Source: Paragordius varius (Eukaryota > Animalia > Nematomorpha). From it: DNA of 64,000 nt. Of the stretch, positions 1 to 14,300 are shown piece by piece. The DNA is taken from assembly GCA_964247055.1 (NCBI GenBank), contig OZ176054.1, positions 2,046,001-2,110,000 of the forward strand, given 5' to 3'. The notes under the pieces were generated by a model. That model was not told where the DNA came from and searched no databases. It saw only the letters and a program-made list of their open reading frames with translations. How positions within the stretch are numbered: position 1 is the stretch's first letter; the number at the start of each line of letters is the position of its first letter. The translations under genes and the position numbers were made by a program.

Positions 1-72
1 AAAATTTTGAGTAAATCAACTGATTTATAACTAAATGTATAAATTTTGATCGATGTAAATTATTATCTTTAG

Positions 73-837
73 AAATCTCCCAAAATTACAGAATTTCCAT
101 CCTTCTGCCAAATATTAAATACACGCATGCATTTAAAGATTCTAGTTCGCCGGCTTTTATGGAGTTTCAAGCCGAAATTTGGTTCAAGGTAGAATTAAAT
201 ATTTTTTCCAATATGTGCATAATTATATATATATATATATATAGTAAGTATACTCCGGTAGTTTTTCCCTAAGATAGAGCATTATGCTCTAATAATAGTA
301 AAAAAAGAAAAAAAAACAATATTTTAAGCCTATGGTTATCTGACAATATATATAGAGAAATATTGAAATTATACGGATAAAACTTGAAAATATAAAGACA
401 AGTATTTTTTTAACCTTGAGTTTTGATTCCAATTGTAAAATCCATAAACTGTAACATCTCTGTAATAATGTTTATTAGATCTTAACATACCTGTATACGG
501 ATCATCAATTACCAATCCTTAGCATTGACTTGATATCAACTGTACATTGGCGACGCCATAATTTAGTGGCCAACTTGAAATTTATGCTGTACGATGCTGT
601 AAATGATCAGCAGTTAAATGCATCTCTTATCGATTACTTCGCTCAAAATAGGGAAGATAGAAAATTTGGACAAGCCTGGCCCCTTACAATAACTCTTGAT
701 ACGGGTGGGTGAGCACCAATGATAGATAATATTTATAGCAACGAATAAGTTTTTGTGGTTAAAATATGAAAAAATAATAAAATTTTATAAATGATTTTCA
801 CTGTAAAGTGTTTTTTACGTCTAAAAATTAGTTCCTC

Positions 838-882
<45 letters not shown>

Positions 883-3800
883 AAATATTTGTTTTCGTTT
901 CATTGACCGCTTTAGGTATTAAAAGATATAATTAAATCAATTATCATAAACAAATGGAAAAACTATTAAATATTACGGTAAATGAAAAAATATAAAAATA
1001 ATGACAAAATTCTCCATGGTGAAGTTTTTATATAATATATAATAATAAGATTACTAATTTACTAATGCTATAAGATTGCTTGCTATTAACCATGTACCTG
1101 GATAATCTTTTATAATAATTATTATACAGAAACCGCCTGTGAAGTCAAACCTCCAGGATCTGAAATGGTAGCTGGATTTCACGATGGCCTTAACCCAATC
1201 GAAGAATATCTAATCGATTCGACCTTTGACAACAATAATACCACGAAAAATGGTGAACATTGGGACGATGTATGTGCCAAATCTGGCGCGCCCGAAGAAC
1301 AAATCTGCGATCCTGACAAAAAGGTTTGCGTATGTAAGCCAGGAAAACACTTTGATCATCGTTTCAGGGAATGTAAAGGTAGATAAAATTATTGCATAAT
1401 AAATTGTTGCAGTTAATGCGAACATCTAGGGTAGAAGAACTTAAACCCGTCTAATTATTATTAATTGGTGTTGCGGCAAGGCAAATAAAAAAAAATTTTT
1501 ATCATTGACTAGCTTTTTAAATAAAATTTACAATTTTTAACCATTTTAAATGGTAAAGGTCATATTTTTTGATGAATGAGTTGGCTCAAAAATAACTCAT
1601 CAATATAAAATTTTTATGGGAAATTGAGACATTATTTTTGTGGCTTAAAAAATGTTCAGACACCTTATAAGTAAAAAATAGGAGAATAATATGTGGTATT
1701 ATAAAATGTGTTTTGAGCCTGCGTATTCACATGGCTTTTTCGCATGAACAAGTTTGAGTTTGATAAGGGCTTATTTAAATAGCCCTATAATTTTTTTTAT
1801 GTTTTGGTTATAAAAACCTTATTAGATGTAGCCTTTTTTAAAAATTAATAAAAGATAATACTGCGACTGGATTTATACTTTTGCCTACAATAATTTATTG
1901 ATTACAATTTAAAGTCGCCAGCTATAAATTGAAAAATAAAGCCATTTAGCGCACATAAATTTGCTCACTTTTTTTATTCTTCTTATGTAACAACAGGTGT
2001 TGTTAATGAAATGGGCTTCATAATCTCAATACCGAGTATCCCATTCGATGCAACGCTGATTCAAAATGGAAAAACTTTGCTGGAACTATTGGTACTATCC
2101 TTTGATATATGAAAAAATTTTATCTATATTATCTAGAGATACCAAAAAATAGATACTGTGATAAAAATGCATTCCCCTAACATATTTAAAATGCGATAGG
2201 TCCTACGAACGATTCAACTCACTGAACCGAATCTTATTTCATTGAAACTTAAATCCATCATTCCTGGTAACAAAGGTATCTTGGGTTATTTCAATGCCTA
2301 CCTCTCAGCCAATGCAACAGTCCCCGACTTGAGGAATGCCATAGAGGCCGGAGTCAGAGAAGAGAATAGCGGTCTTTTGGGCGATAGTGTTGTTTTTTGG
2401 GTTGAAGGTACACAATTTTGACCGTATTTTTGCTGTTTAAATATTAATAAAAAAAAGATTTTGTAAAGAAATAAATAACCTCATCTTTTTTTAAAGATAC
2501 CAATTTGTATTGTTCACGGTATTCTTGTCCCATAAATGCATGGTGCAAAATTCAAAAGGGTCGCAAGGTGTGCGATTGTAATGGTAACTTGGTTGCAAAC
2601 AGTTACTCTGGACACTGTGAAGGTATAAAAATGAGATTTTTTTACTTTTAACTGACAAAATGATTTGATTTTTTTTGCAAATTATTTTATTAAATTTTTT
2701 TCTTATATTTTAGGTGATATGGTTGTGTATGATGTAATGCTTGACTTTAACATTCCATACCTATCAAGTTATATTGATCCATATTCCAGTGATTATTACA
2801 CATTGGCTAAATCTATTGAAATGGAGGTACTATATTATTTTGCGCAGCTTTCACAAAATTTTTATTAACCTTTTTGAAAACTTTAAAATATATTTTCAGA
2901 GACTTTTAAAAACTTTTAAATATTTGAATTTTTTATATTTCATTTTATTTTTTATGTAGACATATTCCCTTTTATCCCTCAATGATACCAGTTATCATGC
3001 CGTCAAAGTTCAAACTCTTATGCCCGGTTTCAAAGGGACATTCACCAAAATGAAAATTTATTCAAAACGTGTTTTTGATGTGAAAGACTTACGCAGGTAC
3101 TTGGAAACATTAGTGAGACTAAAACAAGCCAACAATTCGACATATCTCATCCCAGAATCCCTATTACAAAGTGCTAACATAATGGAAATCATAAGTATAA
3201 CATTTTAATTGTAATTAATTACTACATATTTTGGAAATTTTAACAAATACAGGTAAAAATACGGTTTTTATTATATAACCTTTGACATAATTGGAACATT
3301 TATTTAACACTTGGATACAACACATTCATTTCAGCCTTTCGATTCAAATTGGGGTCGTTGGACATCCCAGGCTTTAAAATTAAATATTTCACAAAATATG
3401 GAATAAATTGAAACCATGGCAATTTGCACTTACATAACATTAGTGATCCAAAATATTAAAAAAATTATTCAAAAATACTTGATATTACTTATTCAGAGGT
3501 AAAACCCAAAGGTAAAATTTTTCAACATGTCATATGTACTTAATCTAAATATAAAATTAATGCAAAATATACCACTTTTTCTGTTTATATTAAAGTTAAA
3601 TGTGAGTTCAATAAAAAAGTAAACTTCATTTTAACTGAATCAAATAAACATATTTCGCAAAAATGTAAAAGAAAAATGGCGTCGAAGTAGTTTGATACGA
3701 ATTTTTTAAAAAACTAAATTTTATTTAGATGTTTTGGCTTATTTATTTGTTAAGATAGAAGCAAAAATTTAAATTGAAAACGTTTCTTTCAGTAGTTTTT

Positions 3801-6800
3801 CTAAAAATATCAACTAAGTTGCTCGGATATTTAAATACCCCAATATATTGAAGTGTTAAGAAGCTTATTTGAGATAAGTTCTGTGCTTTTAGCACGCAGA
3901 ATATATAAAAAATAATTTTAAAAAAGATCTGATGCGTTCTATACAGTAAAAACTGCAATTATGCGGAAAACCCGTCAAAATATAAAGGCAAATATTTTTT
4001 CAATATTTCCATACTTAATTTTTCCCATATCAATTATTTAATTACAATTGTAAATATATGATGGATAGATTGTTTATCAATATACATTTCCAATTCATTT
4101 TTCTTGCAATTTTAAACATTATTATATATTTAAAATCTTAAGATAAGGTAACTGATTTTTAGAAAAACAAAAATTTGTCTTATTCTTACGTTTTGTCCGT
4201 ATATAATTTCAGTTTTTACTGTATATCATCGTTTATTTAATTTTTTCGTTTTTATTTTTACTAAAGATGAAAATGAAGAGTTAGCGAAAACTTGTGATTT
4301 GGACACTAATGATGGATGTGATTTAGCAAAACGATTTGTATGCATAGCAACACCCCCTCTCGGTCGACCAAAATGCCAATGTCCGGTTGGACTGGTCAAA
4401 AACATGGTTACCAAAGAATGTGAAGGTGGTTTGCTTTTTTATATATGAAATACACCCAAATATATGGATAATAATTTATGAGGAAAAATAATTTAAAAAG
4501 TGTTCTAATAAATCATGTTTTAATTTTTTATTTTTATACTCTAAATCTCAATATATATATTTAGTCCCATATTCCAAATTTTATGTGGAACTCTTATTGC
4601 AAATTCCATGGTCTCAGGCTTATGAAGATCCGACCAATGATCAATACAAAATTTTGGCACAACGATTTGAATCTGAAGTAAATTTTAATGAAAAATGCGT
4701 ATATAGCCGATATTAGGCTTATAAATATATTTTAATATCAGAGTGTAATTAAGTTTTACTCCTTTTTTTCAAAATATATATCTGTTTCAAATCATATCAT
4801 TTGCATAATAGTTCTTCAACAAATTGCTGGATAAAGAAAGCACTCTGATAGCCGTTAAAATGGAATCCATAATGCCATCCGCTTTCTTTGACATCAACAA
4901 TGATTTCTTATCGTTTGTCGGGTTTTCGCTCTATTTCAATAAATTTTTGCAAACGGAACTTGGAAACGATAGATCAGCCAGTACGCATGATATTGAGGCG
5001 CGAGTTAAACGCCTGCGCGATAATGTTAGCAAATTCGTACGGTTAGCTTTAAGGAGTGAAGGTGATAGCAACAGAAATGTCAGGAGTAGCCTACTGTTCA
5101 AAAATAGTCAACTCATGAGTTTAGAAGGTAAGATTTGACTTGAAGATAGTTTTATATATACTCATAGATGTGTGGAAATAATAATTTGCATTAAATAATA
5201 ACTATTGTTCTTAATTCCAGGTCAATTTAAAACATGCTTGGCTTCCTCCCTTTCCGAGGGTATGTGCATTGGTAAAGAAATGTGCTCCCCCCTTGAAAGC
5301 GTATGTGAATGCCCTGTGGGATACGAAAGGAATTTCAAATCACACTTGTGCGAAAGTATATAATATTTTCATATTATTATACTCCACCACAACTCATTTT
5401 TAAATTTTGAAAATAATAAAACCATACATAATATTAATAAAAAGTAAAAATAATAAATATAAAAAATCAAAGTTGCTACCTAACATAGTTTGTCGTTTTA
5501 TTAACTTATTTGAGATTAAGTTGGCCCTCAATCGATGGTAGTTTTAATTGATGTAACTTTAAACAAATAATCAAAAATGGATAATGGATAATGTATATGA
5601 TAATATGTAGTTGAATCTATTTTGAGTTTATAATTATATAATATACGATTCAAAATATTAGTAAAAAGTATAATTCTGGTGCCGAGTTTCAGGCCCAATT
5701 CCTAATTAATCCTTTACATCGAAAACAAAATACTGATATAATTTATATATTTTACTGTAAAATAGAAATCAATTCCCAATATCAAGTATTACTGACTTTG
5801 GACATTCCCTTCATCACCACCTTGGGAGATGCTAGAAATTCCGTGTTCAAAACTTTGACCAGAATTCTAGAAACGGAGGTAAATATAAGCGTTTTAGTTT
5901 TTTACGTTTATTTAGTTGAAAAATATATACTCCTCGAAAGGGTTTAACGTAAAATAATAATTTATATATATTCTTTACCAATAGCTCAACAACCATTTGG
6001 TGGACAAAAGTCGAGGAGCTTATATTAATTGTGACATTGATAATATAATACCGCTTGGGACAGATCACATGATTATAAGTGTCATAATGTCCTTCAAAAT
6101 TGGTGTCTCCTTTGATTTCGTCCTTAAGAACGTTGAAATATCCATTTCAGAATCTCAAAGCTTAAAGCTACTCTCCAACTCAGAAATTATTCTCTTAACC
6201 GGTTCATTATATAACTTTGGATATATATATATATATATAAAGAGCATAATCCCAATTATGATTTATATAAAATCAAAACATTTTGATTCCTATTTTAGGT
6301 CCGCCCGTTTATTGCTATGATACCCGTAGTAATCGCGGTTGTGAAAATAAAACTGACACTATTTGTAGCCCAATCCTAGGCTTACAAACTGGTCCTCGAG
6401 GGTCACCGAGATCCATATCTCCCCTCAATTTCGGAGAATGCAAATGCAAGGCCGGAACCTTTAACTATCCTTTAAGTGAAACATGTACAGGTATTTAAAA
6501 AAAAGTTTTGTGATCAATAAATTTTTATTGACAGTGTAAGTTATATCATATGTTTCATCCAAACGCAACATTTTTTTAATTGTCTTTGCTTGGAAAAAAA
6601 GGTTGTACGAAAAAATGTTGCTGCTTACTGGAAAATGATATACTAATATGGTAACTAACCAATTATTATAAAATGATTGCCATTTATATCAAGTATATAA
6701 AATAAGACTTAAGAACTTATATCAAATATTATCTTTTCTTTTCGTATAATAAGAAATAGATATCATAGGCAATCACCATTTAGTTAGATTTATCAGTAAT

Positions 6801-9415
6801 ATATTGAATTATGTTATAAAAAATGGGTAATGTTTTATCATGCAGTTATTTATAAAACCTTGTCAACTTTTTCCAATCTACTATTTATTAAAAAATTGTT
6901 ATAAGTTAATTAAATCATATTTTACACCTATATATAAAGCAATTGGCAACACTTTGCGAATCGTGATCAAGGTATATGGCAAGATTATTGAACCTTTGAA
7001 ATCAATTTACCATCCTTTGTTCCAACTTCATAAGAAAGCTTTTGATATAACGGTATACATTGTCTTGAAAATCATTTTTCGATTGTAAAATCTTTTTATT
7101 AATTATAAATGATTTAAATTTTTAGTACAATACCAAACTACGGAATAGAAATGTTTAATTGACAAAATATTTTTAGTTTGGAAAGATTTAAACTTTTGTC
7201 AAATTTACTTACACTTCAAATTTTTTAATAATTTTTATTTAGAAGTTATCTGCTCTCATAAATATAAGGGGTTAGTTATAATATAACTTAAAAATTAAAT
7301 TTGATATTTTTGTATACAGTTATTTGATGCACTTTATACGGACGAACCAAACATTATTGGGGTTTCGTTAGAAAAGGCTTCAGTGGATCCAGATGAAGAT
7401 TTATACAATGCAGAAGATAATGCTCTGAGGGAAGAACGGAAAACAGATCCCATACTTTATCATTTCAATGTGTACTTCCGTGAACCGATTATTAACAAAA
7501 CCAATTTCATTAGGATTTTGGGTGAATTCATGGAGGCCACAAAATTCCCCATGTTCACTTTGGGCAAATTTGTTAGTATTAACGGTAAATTATTTTCTTT
7601 TACTATATCATACATTGCTCATGAGGCATTATTTTTTAATATTGGCTATATAATTGCAAAAACATAGGCATAGAATACAAACAATACCTTCACGATATGC
7701 TTATGGAAGAAACTATGCAATTACAAACAAATGACGATGTCCCTAAACTTGAACTCCTAATTCCACGCAACGAAATCCCCGAACCGATTGTTAAAACGTT
7801 TGCCGATTCACGCTTCAAACAAAACAACGATTATCAAGCAAGAGAAAAAGCTTTAGGATCATCCCGCGATTCCCTAACTGTTAAGGAAGACACTTTGTGG
7901 TTGGATGCATTGAAAGATGCTAAAAATTTGATGAATCAACAAAGCGTTAGGGGGGAACGGGTAACCCCTAAAAAGCATCTTATCCAGGGAACAATAAATT
8001 CTCGTAATCAAACCTCCGCAACTATAGGAAGTAGAAATGAGAAAGCCTTTTCCGGTACAATGATCCTTACTGGCGAACGGAAAGATGATCTAGTTCAACC
8101 GTTTGGACCGTATTCTGATCTTTTAGATGACATTTCAGACGTACGAGGAAATGATCGTTTGGAAAAACCAACATCCTCACGTAAAACAAACAAAGTTAGC
8201 CATGTCAAGAGTTCAACTGTTTCACGCACTTATGGAACAACCAAGAGGAAAAGTCACACCCCTACTACAGCACGAAAAGTTCAACAAACTGCTAGAACTT
8301 CTCCTAAGAAATCGACCGAATACCTAACTGAAGCCATGTCTCCCGTTGTAAGTTTTGGGGCAGAAAATCCAATAATAAATCTATCCGAATTAAAATTAAA
8401 ATTGGGATCACGTCCTGGATTAATAACATCTCCCGTTGATGATACCGTAATGACGTTTGACAAATTTTTAGAGGCTAAGAATAGACCACCCCCAATACAC
8501 AGTTATCGCGTTTCAAGTGAAATTACAAGCCAAAATATTGTTACGGCAAGAAAGGGTACGCAAATGACTCAACGAAATATTGTTAAACCCTATTCGTCCT
8601 CCATAGAAACTATCCTTGAGCGACAATTGAAAACACGAAAAAATCTGGCCCCGTTCTCACCAACCTCGACCTATATCGATGGATCTACCAAAACTTACCG
8701 TCTGAGTAGTACGAAGAAGGATCAAATTACACCTAATAAAAAATTACCAGGGAGCGCCTTTGTTTTTCCCTTAAATAATGAGGTAGTTAAACCAGCTTCA
8801 ACGAATTCCAACTTCCCTAAACTTGCAACCAAAACGCAAATCACTACTAAAACACAACGCCCTATTAATTCGGTCGTAACATTAAATCGTCAAGGTAACC
8901 AAAATATGATGAGTGTTGAAACAACCAAAAATAGCGTTAAAACTTCAATACAAACCAAAAGTTCAAAAGCTACGCAACCTCAGTCCAATAAAATTGCTAC
9001 CCCTGATAAACCTAAGTACAATAAGCTGCCCTCTTACTCGAATAACATAATAAAATCGGGTAATAAAGACTTAGAAACCACAAATTACGATATAATTTAT
9101 AGTTTAAAATCTTTGACATCAGGAAGCGCTTTCCAAAGCCCAAATAAAACTAAAACCAATCCTGCATCGCCTAAATATATCTATAACGTAAATTCTCAAA
9201 ATATTTCTTCCCCCAAACTTGGAGACCAAGATAATTCTATAATTAAAAGCAATAGTATAGACGGAGATGCTGCCAGTGATGATATAATGGATCAATATCC
9301 ATGGGCAATACAACAAATCAGTTCTGCAATGCGTACTTCAATAAATAGCATAGTTTGCAATCTCGTTTCTTTTACTCTGATTGTCATATTATATACCACG
9401 CATAAACTGTTTTAA
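73..9415 (+). CDS. SEA/EGF-like tandem-repeat mucin-like surface protein, 5' end outside the window, 18 exons in window
   Basis: Frame-continuous GT-AG exons: 73-188, 479-704, 1130-1378, 1997-2091, 2200-2407, 2497-2622, 2714-2826, 2960-3194, 4267-4425, 4565-4677, 4812-5127, 5221-5355, 5766-5878, 5985-6201, 6299-6490, 6940-7052, 7320-7584, 7668-9415. Six SEA-like units (e.g. IPYLSSYIDPYSSDYYTLAKSIE, IPWSQAYEDPTNDQYKILAQRFE) alternate with five 6-Cys EGF-like modules (CxC..G). These are followed by an S/T/K-rich stalk and a hydrophobic C-terminus (IVCNLVSFTLIVILY). Confidence 0.85.
841..878. repeat. (TA)n microsatellite
   Basis: Run of TA dinucleotides; shorter runs near 225-243, 29545-29570, 31547-31570 and 47715-47740. 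Confidence 0.95.
3308..3855. mobile_element. Non-autonomous piggyBac-like element (MITE), intronic
   Basis: TTAA on both flanks (3304-3307, 3856-3859). Ends are CACTT...AAGTG with the internal repeat TCGATTCAAATTGGGGT. Family copies at 17987-19043 and 20492-21298. Confidence 0.7.
6551..6645. repeat. Short dispersed hairpin repeat, second copy at about 10878-10980
   Basis: TTTCATCCAAACGCAA...TCTTTGCTT..AAAAA..GTTG...AAAA.TGTTGCT is shared by both sites. In the 10.9 kb copy CAAACGCAA pairs with TTGCGTTTG. Confidence 0.6.
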
Positions 9416-11349
9416 GTATATGTTTGAAGGGAAAACGAAAACCAATGAAATTAGAATATTGATAAATTTATGATTCTAATCAGTAATCAAAAATCGCATT
9501 TTATTTACTCAACAACATATGTATTTGTTTAACAATTTTCAATTCAAATGAATCTTATCGCGGCCATTTTGCTAAAAATATTTTCTTTAGGATATAACTT
9601 CCTGGATCTTATGATTTTATAAATTTAAAATATATGAGTTTTATACGCCCATATTTATATGATATTGATCTTAACAACTGCATTTAATTTTATTATATAT
9701 TATATATCCTCCTATAAAAATTATGCAATTTACATTGATTTATTGATATTATACATACTAATGCATTTAAATAAATAAACAATACCAAATTAAGAAGTAC
9801 ATTTCATGTAAAATGAATTAATTAAAAACGATCTTATGCCAAAATTTAAGTGTAACTAGGATTGGGCGAGTTATGAACGACTTCATAAATACAGCATGCC
9901 TGACATTTTATCAAACCCATTAAAAAGCAAGAAATGACATAAAATGGAATATAGATGATAAATAAAGTTTTGTGAAAAATATATTTTTGATTTTATAATA
10001 ATGTTTAGGCTTAATTATGAAAATCTGTTGGGTACATTAGAAAATTGTGTCGCCTATATGACACCAATAGTCAATACATCTTCGCATATTTTTATAATAA
10101 TTTCTGAAGGCAAAAACCATTTTAGATAAACAGTTTGGAAAATCATGTATATTAAGAACTGTTAACAATATGCAGAAAAAATTAATAGTTCAGAGTATTT
10201 ATGTTAAAATTCATTGATTAAAATTTTATATGGGCATATACTAAGTTAATTGAATTGGCGGCCGGCATTATTTATCATATGAAAATGATGCACACTCTGA
10301 AAAACAGTGGCGACCCTGAGATGTCAGGATTTGATGGTGAATTTTTGGCGGGATTAAAGATGCGATAAAGTGGTCAATATTTGTTTAAGCAGAAAAAATC
10401 GAGGGTTTTGAGAACCCCAATTAGAATTTCATAAAAAATTGCATAAAAAAACTTTTTCTATAAAATTGGGTGTTCCTGAAAATATCCATACTACTTTAAA
10501 TTAAAAATGTATTATGCACTCAACCAAACCAATGCGATGAAATTATATAATAATTAAATTTCTAAGCACTGATAATCTTCAGTGGTATCAAATCGTGTAG
10601 AAAAAGTGTTTTTTATAATATTAAGCGTGTTTATAATAATTACAAATGCTTAAAAATACCTGCAAAATATTGTCACATTTTGTTTAAGCATAATATTTTG
10701 CAGATATTAAAAATTTGAGATTTTAATTTGTGTTGCTTTAATTTAAGTAGAAGCTTGCGCTTATGTAAAAAAATACGATCAAAACAAAGGTATTATTAAT
10801 TATATTTTATATAATATTTATCAACAAATTGTCTGAAACATTCGGCTAAAAATATTACTATTGTTCAGTCAAAAGATACATTTTTCATCCAAACGCAATC
10901 TTTTTCCAGATCTCTTTGCTTAAAAAAATGTTGCGTTTGATTGAAAAAGTGTTGCTTTTTAGTGAAAAATGGTATATTTAGATTATCCAAAAAATCATAT
11001 ATTAATGTTTAAAAGCATTCAAATTTATTTTCTGTTCTTATATACGAGTGCAACAACAATAATCCATTTCTTATCACATTGTCAATCTATTTGAGTACAA
11101 ATTGATCAATTATTGTAAAGGCTCTATTTGGGGACAGGAATGATTTCTACATTGTATTTAGTGATTTATCTTTTGATGTTGTACTAATTTTAATTAATAT
11201 ATCTATAATCAAACAAACAATATTTAACACAGCATATATCATAATAATACAATATATATATATATTTATTAATAAGAAACAAGAAGATTTTTTGATTCCT
11301 GCAGTTATATATTTATCTCAAGAAGACATCGGATTTATTTGAGTGCTGT

Positions 11350-14300
11350 TTAACTTCTGCTAGCTCGTGATGTGTTAGATGGACTCTCAGATGAGGCTTT
11401 AGAATTGGTTGGAGAACAAGAGTGGGTTACGGATTTTGTTATACAACTATCTTTGGTTGTTGGTCGACCCGTAGTATTATGTCCGGTCTCATTATTATTT
11501 ACCTGAATTGATGTCGAAATATTTTTATTATCCGCCTTTTTTTGTTTTTGATTCGTATTACTTTTACTCAATTTTAAAGTGTCATTTGCATCCGTTTTTA
11601 TTGTTTTGCTAGTGGAATCAACGCCTTTAAGGGCGTAAGCGGGTTGAGAAATTTCTGTAATTAAAAAAAAAGTAATAAGACATGTGAAAAAAGAATAGTC
11701 AAATAAAAACGGGATTGACGTTACTTTTCGCACCAAAATTCCAAAAAACAATATATTGTTATTTCAATGGTTATCTAACTATGTTGCATAAAAAATTAAG
11801 CTATTAACCAATAAACAAAACCATTTTAACCAAACCTTTTCGTTTTTACAACAATCATACGATTCCCGTTACATCTTTGTTAAAAATGATTTAATTGACA
11901 GTATTATCAAAATTACACTAACACCTTAAAATAATAAATGAAAAATATAATATGTAACCTCGACTACTACTATTAATTTGTCTCTCCTTATCACCATTAT
12001 TTTCGCCTGTCGTGAGGTTTGAATTGGCAGTAAATTTGCGTAAATGGAGAATTTGATGTGAGGGCAGGCGTTTAAAGAAGGGATGTCTCAAGCTTTGACC
12101 CAAACTAAGTCGTTGATTAGGTTCATATTCAAGCATCAAGAAAATGAGATCAAACAATTCTAAATGTTCGGCATTGTTGGATGCCAAATATCTAAATTAC
12201 CATAAATAGCTATATTAGAAGAAAAACCAATCAAAATATGTGTAATTTAAACAAACTCTCAAAATCAAAAAAATGAAGAGAGATAAATTTATCAAAAGTT
12301 TACCTCATGAGCGGTTTAGTATTTTCACGGACATAACGACCGGCTGAGTTATATTCATCCCATTCCAAGCGACCATGATAAAAATATTTTGTTCTACGTT
12401 ATTAACACAAAAGTATTGGCATAAAAATAAAAGTTTTAAATCGTTTTATAAATGATGTCGTCAAAAATTTATATGATTAATTATAAATGTGAAAACCAAT
12501 ATAATATATAAAGAGTAATTTTTATCGTTACTTTGTGCGTCGGCACATACGATAAGGTATTTGTCCAAGTATCCTTTCCATCATCCCCAAATGCTCACGA
12601 TTATCATGAGTCTATAAATATAATTAAATGTAATATACCCTAAGTATAACCCAAAAAAATTGTGTAACTAATATATATTTAACATACCTGAAATAATGTT
12701 AACCCATGGTATAATTCAAAAAGTATGGCACCGATGCTCCAAACATCACAAGGATGAGACCAGCCAAGTTCTATAATAGTAGATTTAAATAAAATAATAA
12801 ATCGCACGCAATAAAGGACGTATCAATGATGATTAAAAACCAATCAATGATTTATCAATTGGGTGACTGAAATTTTTTATATATAAATATAATAAATATT
12901 GGATTAAAAGACGAATAATTAAAAGTACCCTACTCAATATTTTAAATTAAAATTGAATAATTTTTAATTTGACCAGCTATATTAAAATGTACGATAAATT
13001 ATTTTTAGACGCTGGCAACAATTTGGTTTATTAAGGTATATATATTACTTTTAATTAATTATGAATAAAGTAGTTTAATTCATAAAATCTTTAATTTTCT
13101 CCACAGGCAACAACATTGGAAGTTTCATAAAAATATAAAAAGTAAATATAAAAGTAAAAAAATATAATCATATATAGATGCATTCACCTAATATAACTTC
13201 AGGGGCTCGGTAATGCCGAGTGGATATAATTGAGCTGTGATGTTCATCATCAAATGTGGCTGATCCGAAATCGATAAGGCGAATTGTGGTATCTTTTACA
13301 ACGCGAAACTTTTTACCCTACACAAAAATAAAAAAGTGTAAAACAAATAGATTTAAGAAAAAACAAATTTTTGACAGCCTAGAAGGCTAAAAGGCGTTTT
13401 TATGCTTAAAATCAAATTATTAATACCAAAACATGTAATTAATTAGTTAAATTTATACGTAAACACAAAATTTTATACCGTTTTGGGATGGATTTGTGTC
13501 TCATAATCAGAGTTAACAAACAACATGTTTTCGGGTTTAAGATCAGTGTGAGATAATTGATTATCGTGAAGGACTATATATTTAAATATATAAAAGCATA
13601 AAATCAAAATAAAATATATATATATGGTAAAAGTTACATTTTTATAACAATAAAAAGTTTTTTAGTCAAAACTACAATTATTTTTAGTTTGGCTCATATT
13701 TAATCAACCAACCAAATAACATTTTTGTTTGCAAAATACAGATTGATTGTTGTCCAAACAATAAAGTTAATTTTAATGATGGGAAATAATCAAAAATGTT
13801 TAAAGAACATCCAGCAAACAATTTTTGTTTATAATTGAAATAATTAATAATACGCTTACATTTAACGGCATAACACAATTGATAACCAATATGTCGAACA
13901 TGGTCCAATGGATATGGTTGGTAATTATTTTGTTTCTAAAAACAATCATCAAACAGGCATAAAAAAATGTTAAAAATCAATATGTATATATATATATAAT
14001 TTGTGATTGTTTTTAAAAAAATTAAACAAAGGCCATGTGCAATATATCAAAACAATATTAACACTTTTGATTAAAATAAAATGTGTTAAAATTAATATAT
14101 GTTGCAATTAAATTTTTATGTTATATGAATTAATACATAAGGCAATTATATTTTTAATCATTTACAATTATGCGTTTACAAATAATTATGTTGAAAACTA
14201 CGTAAGTATATAAAAAATTCATTTTTTTTTTACAAAAAAAACGAAAATTATTGTATTTGCAAAAAAACATAATAAAATGAATGTATTTACAAGGAATTCA

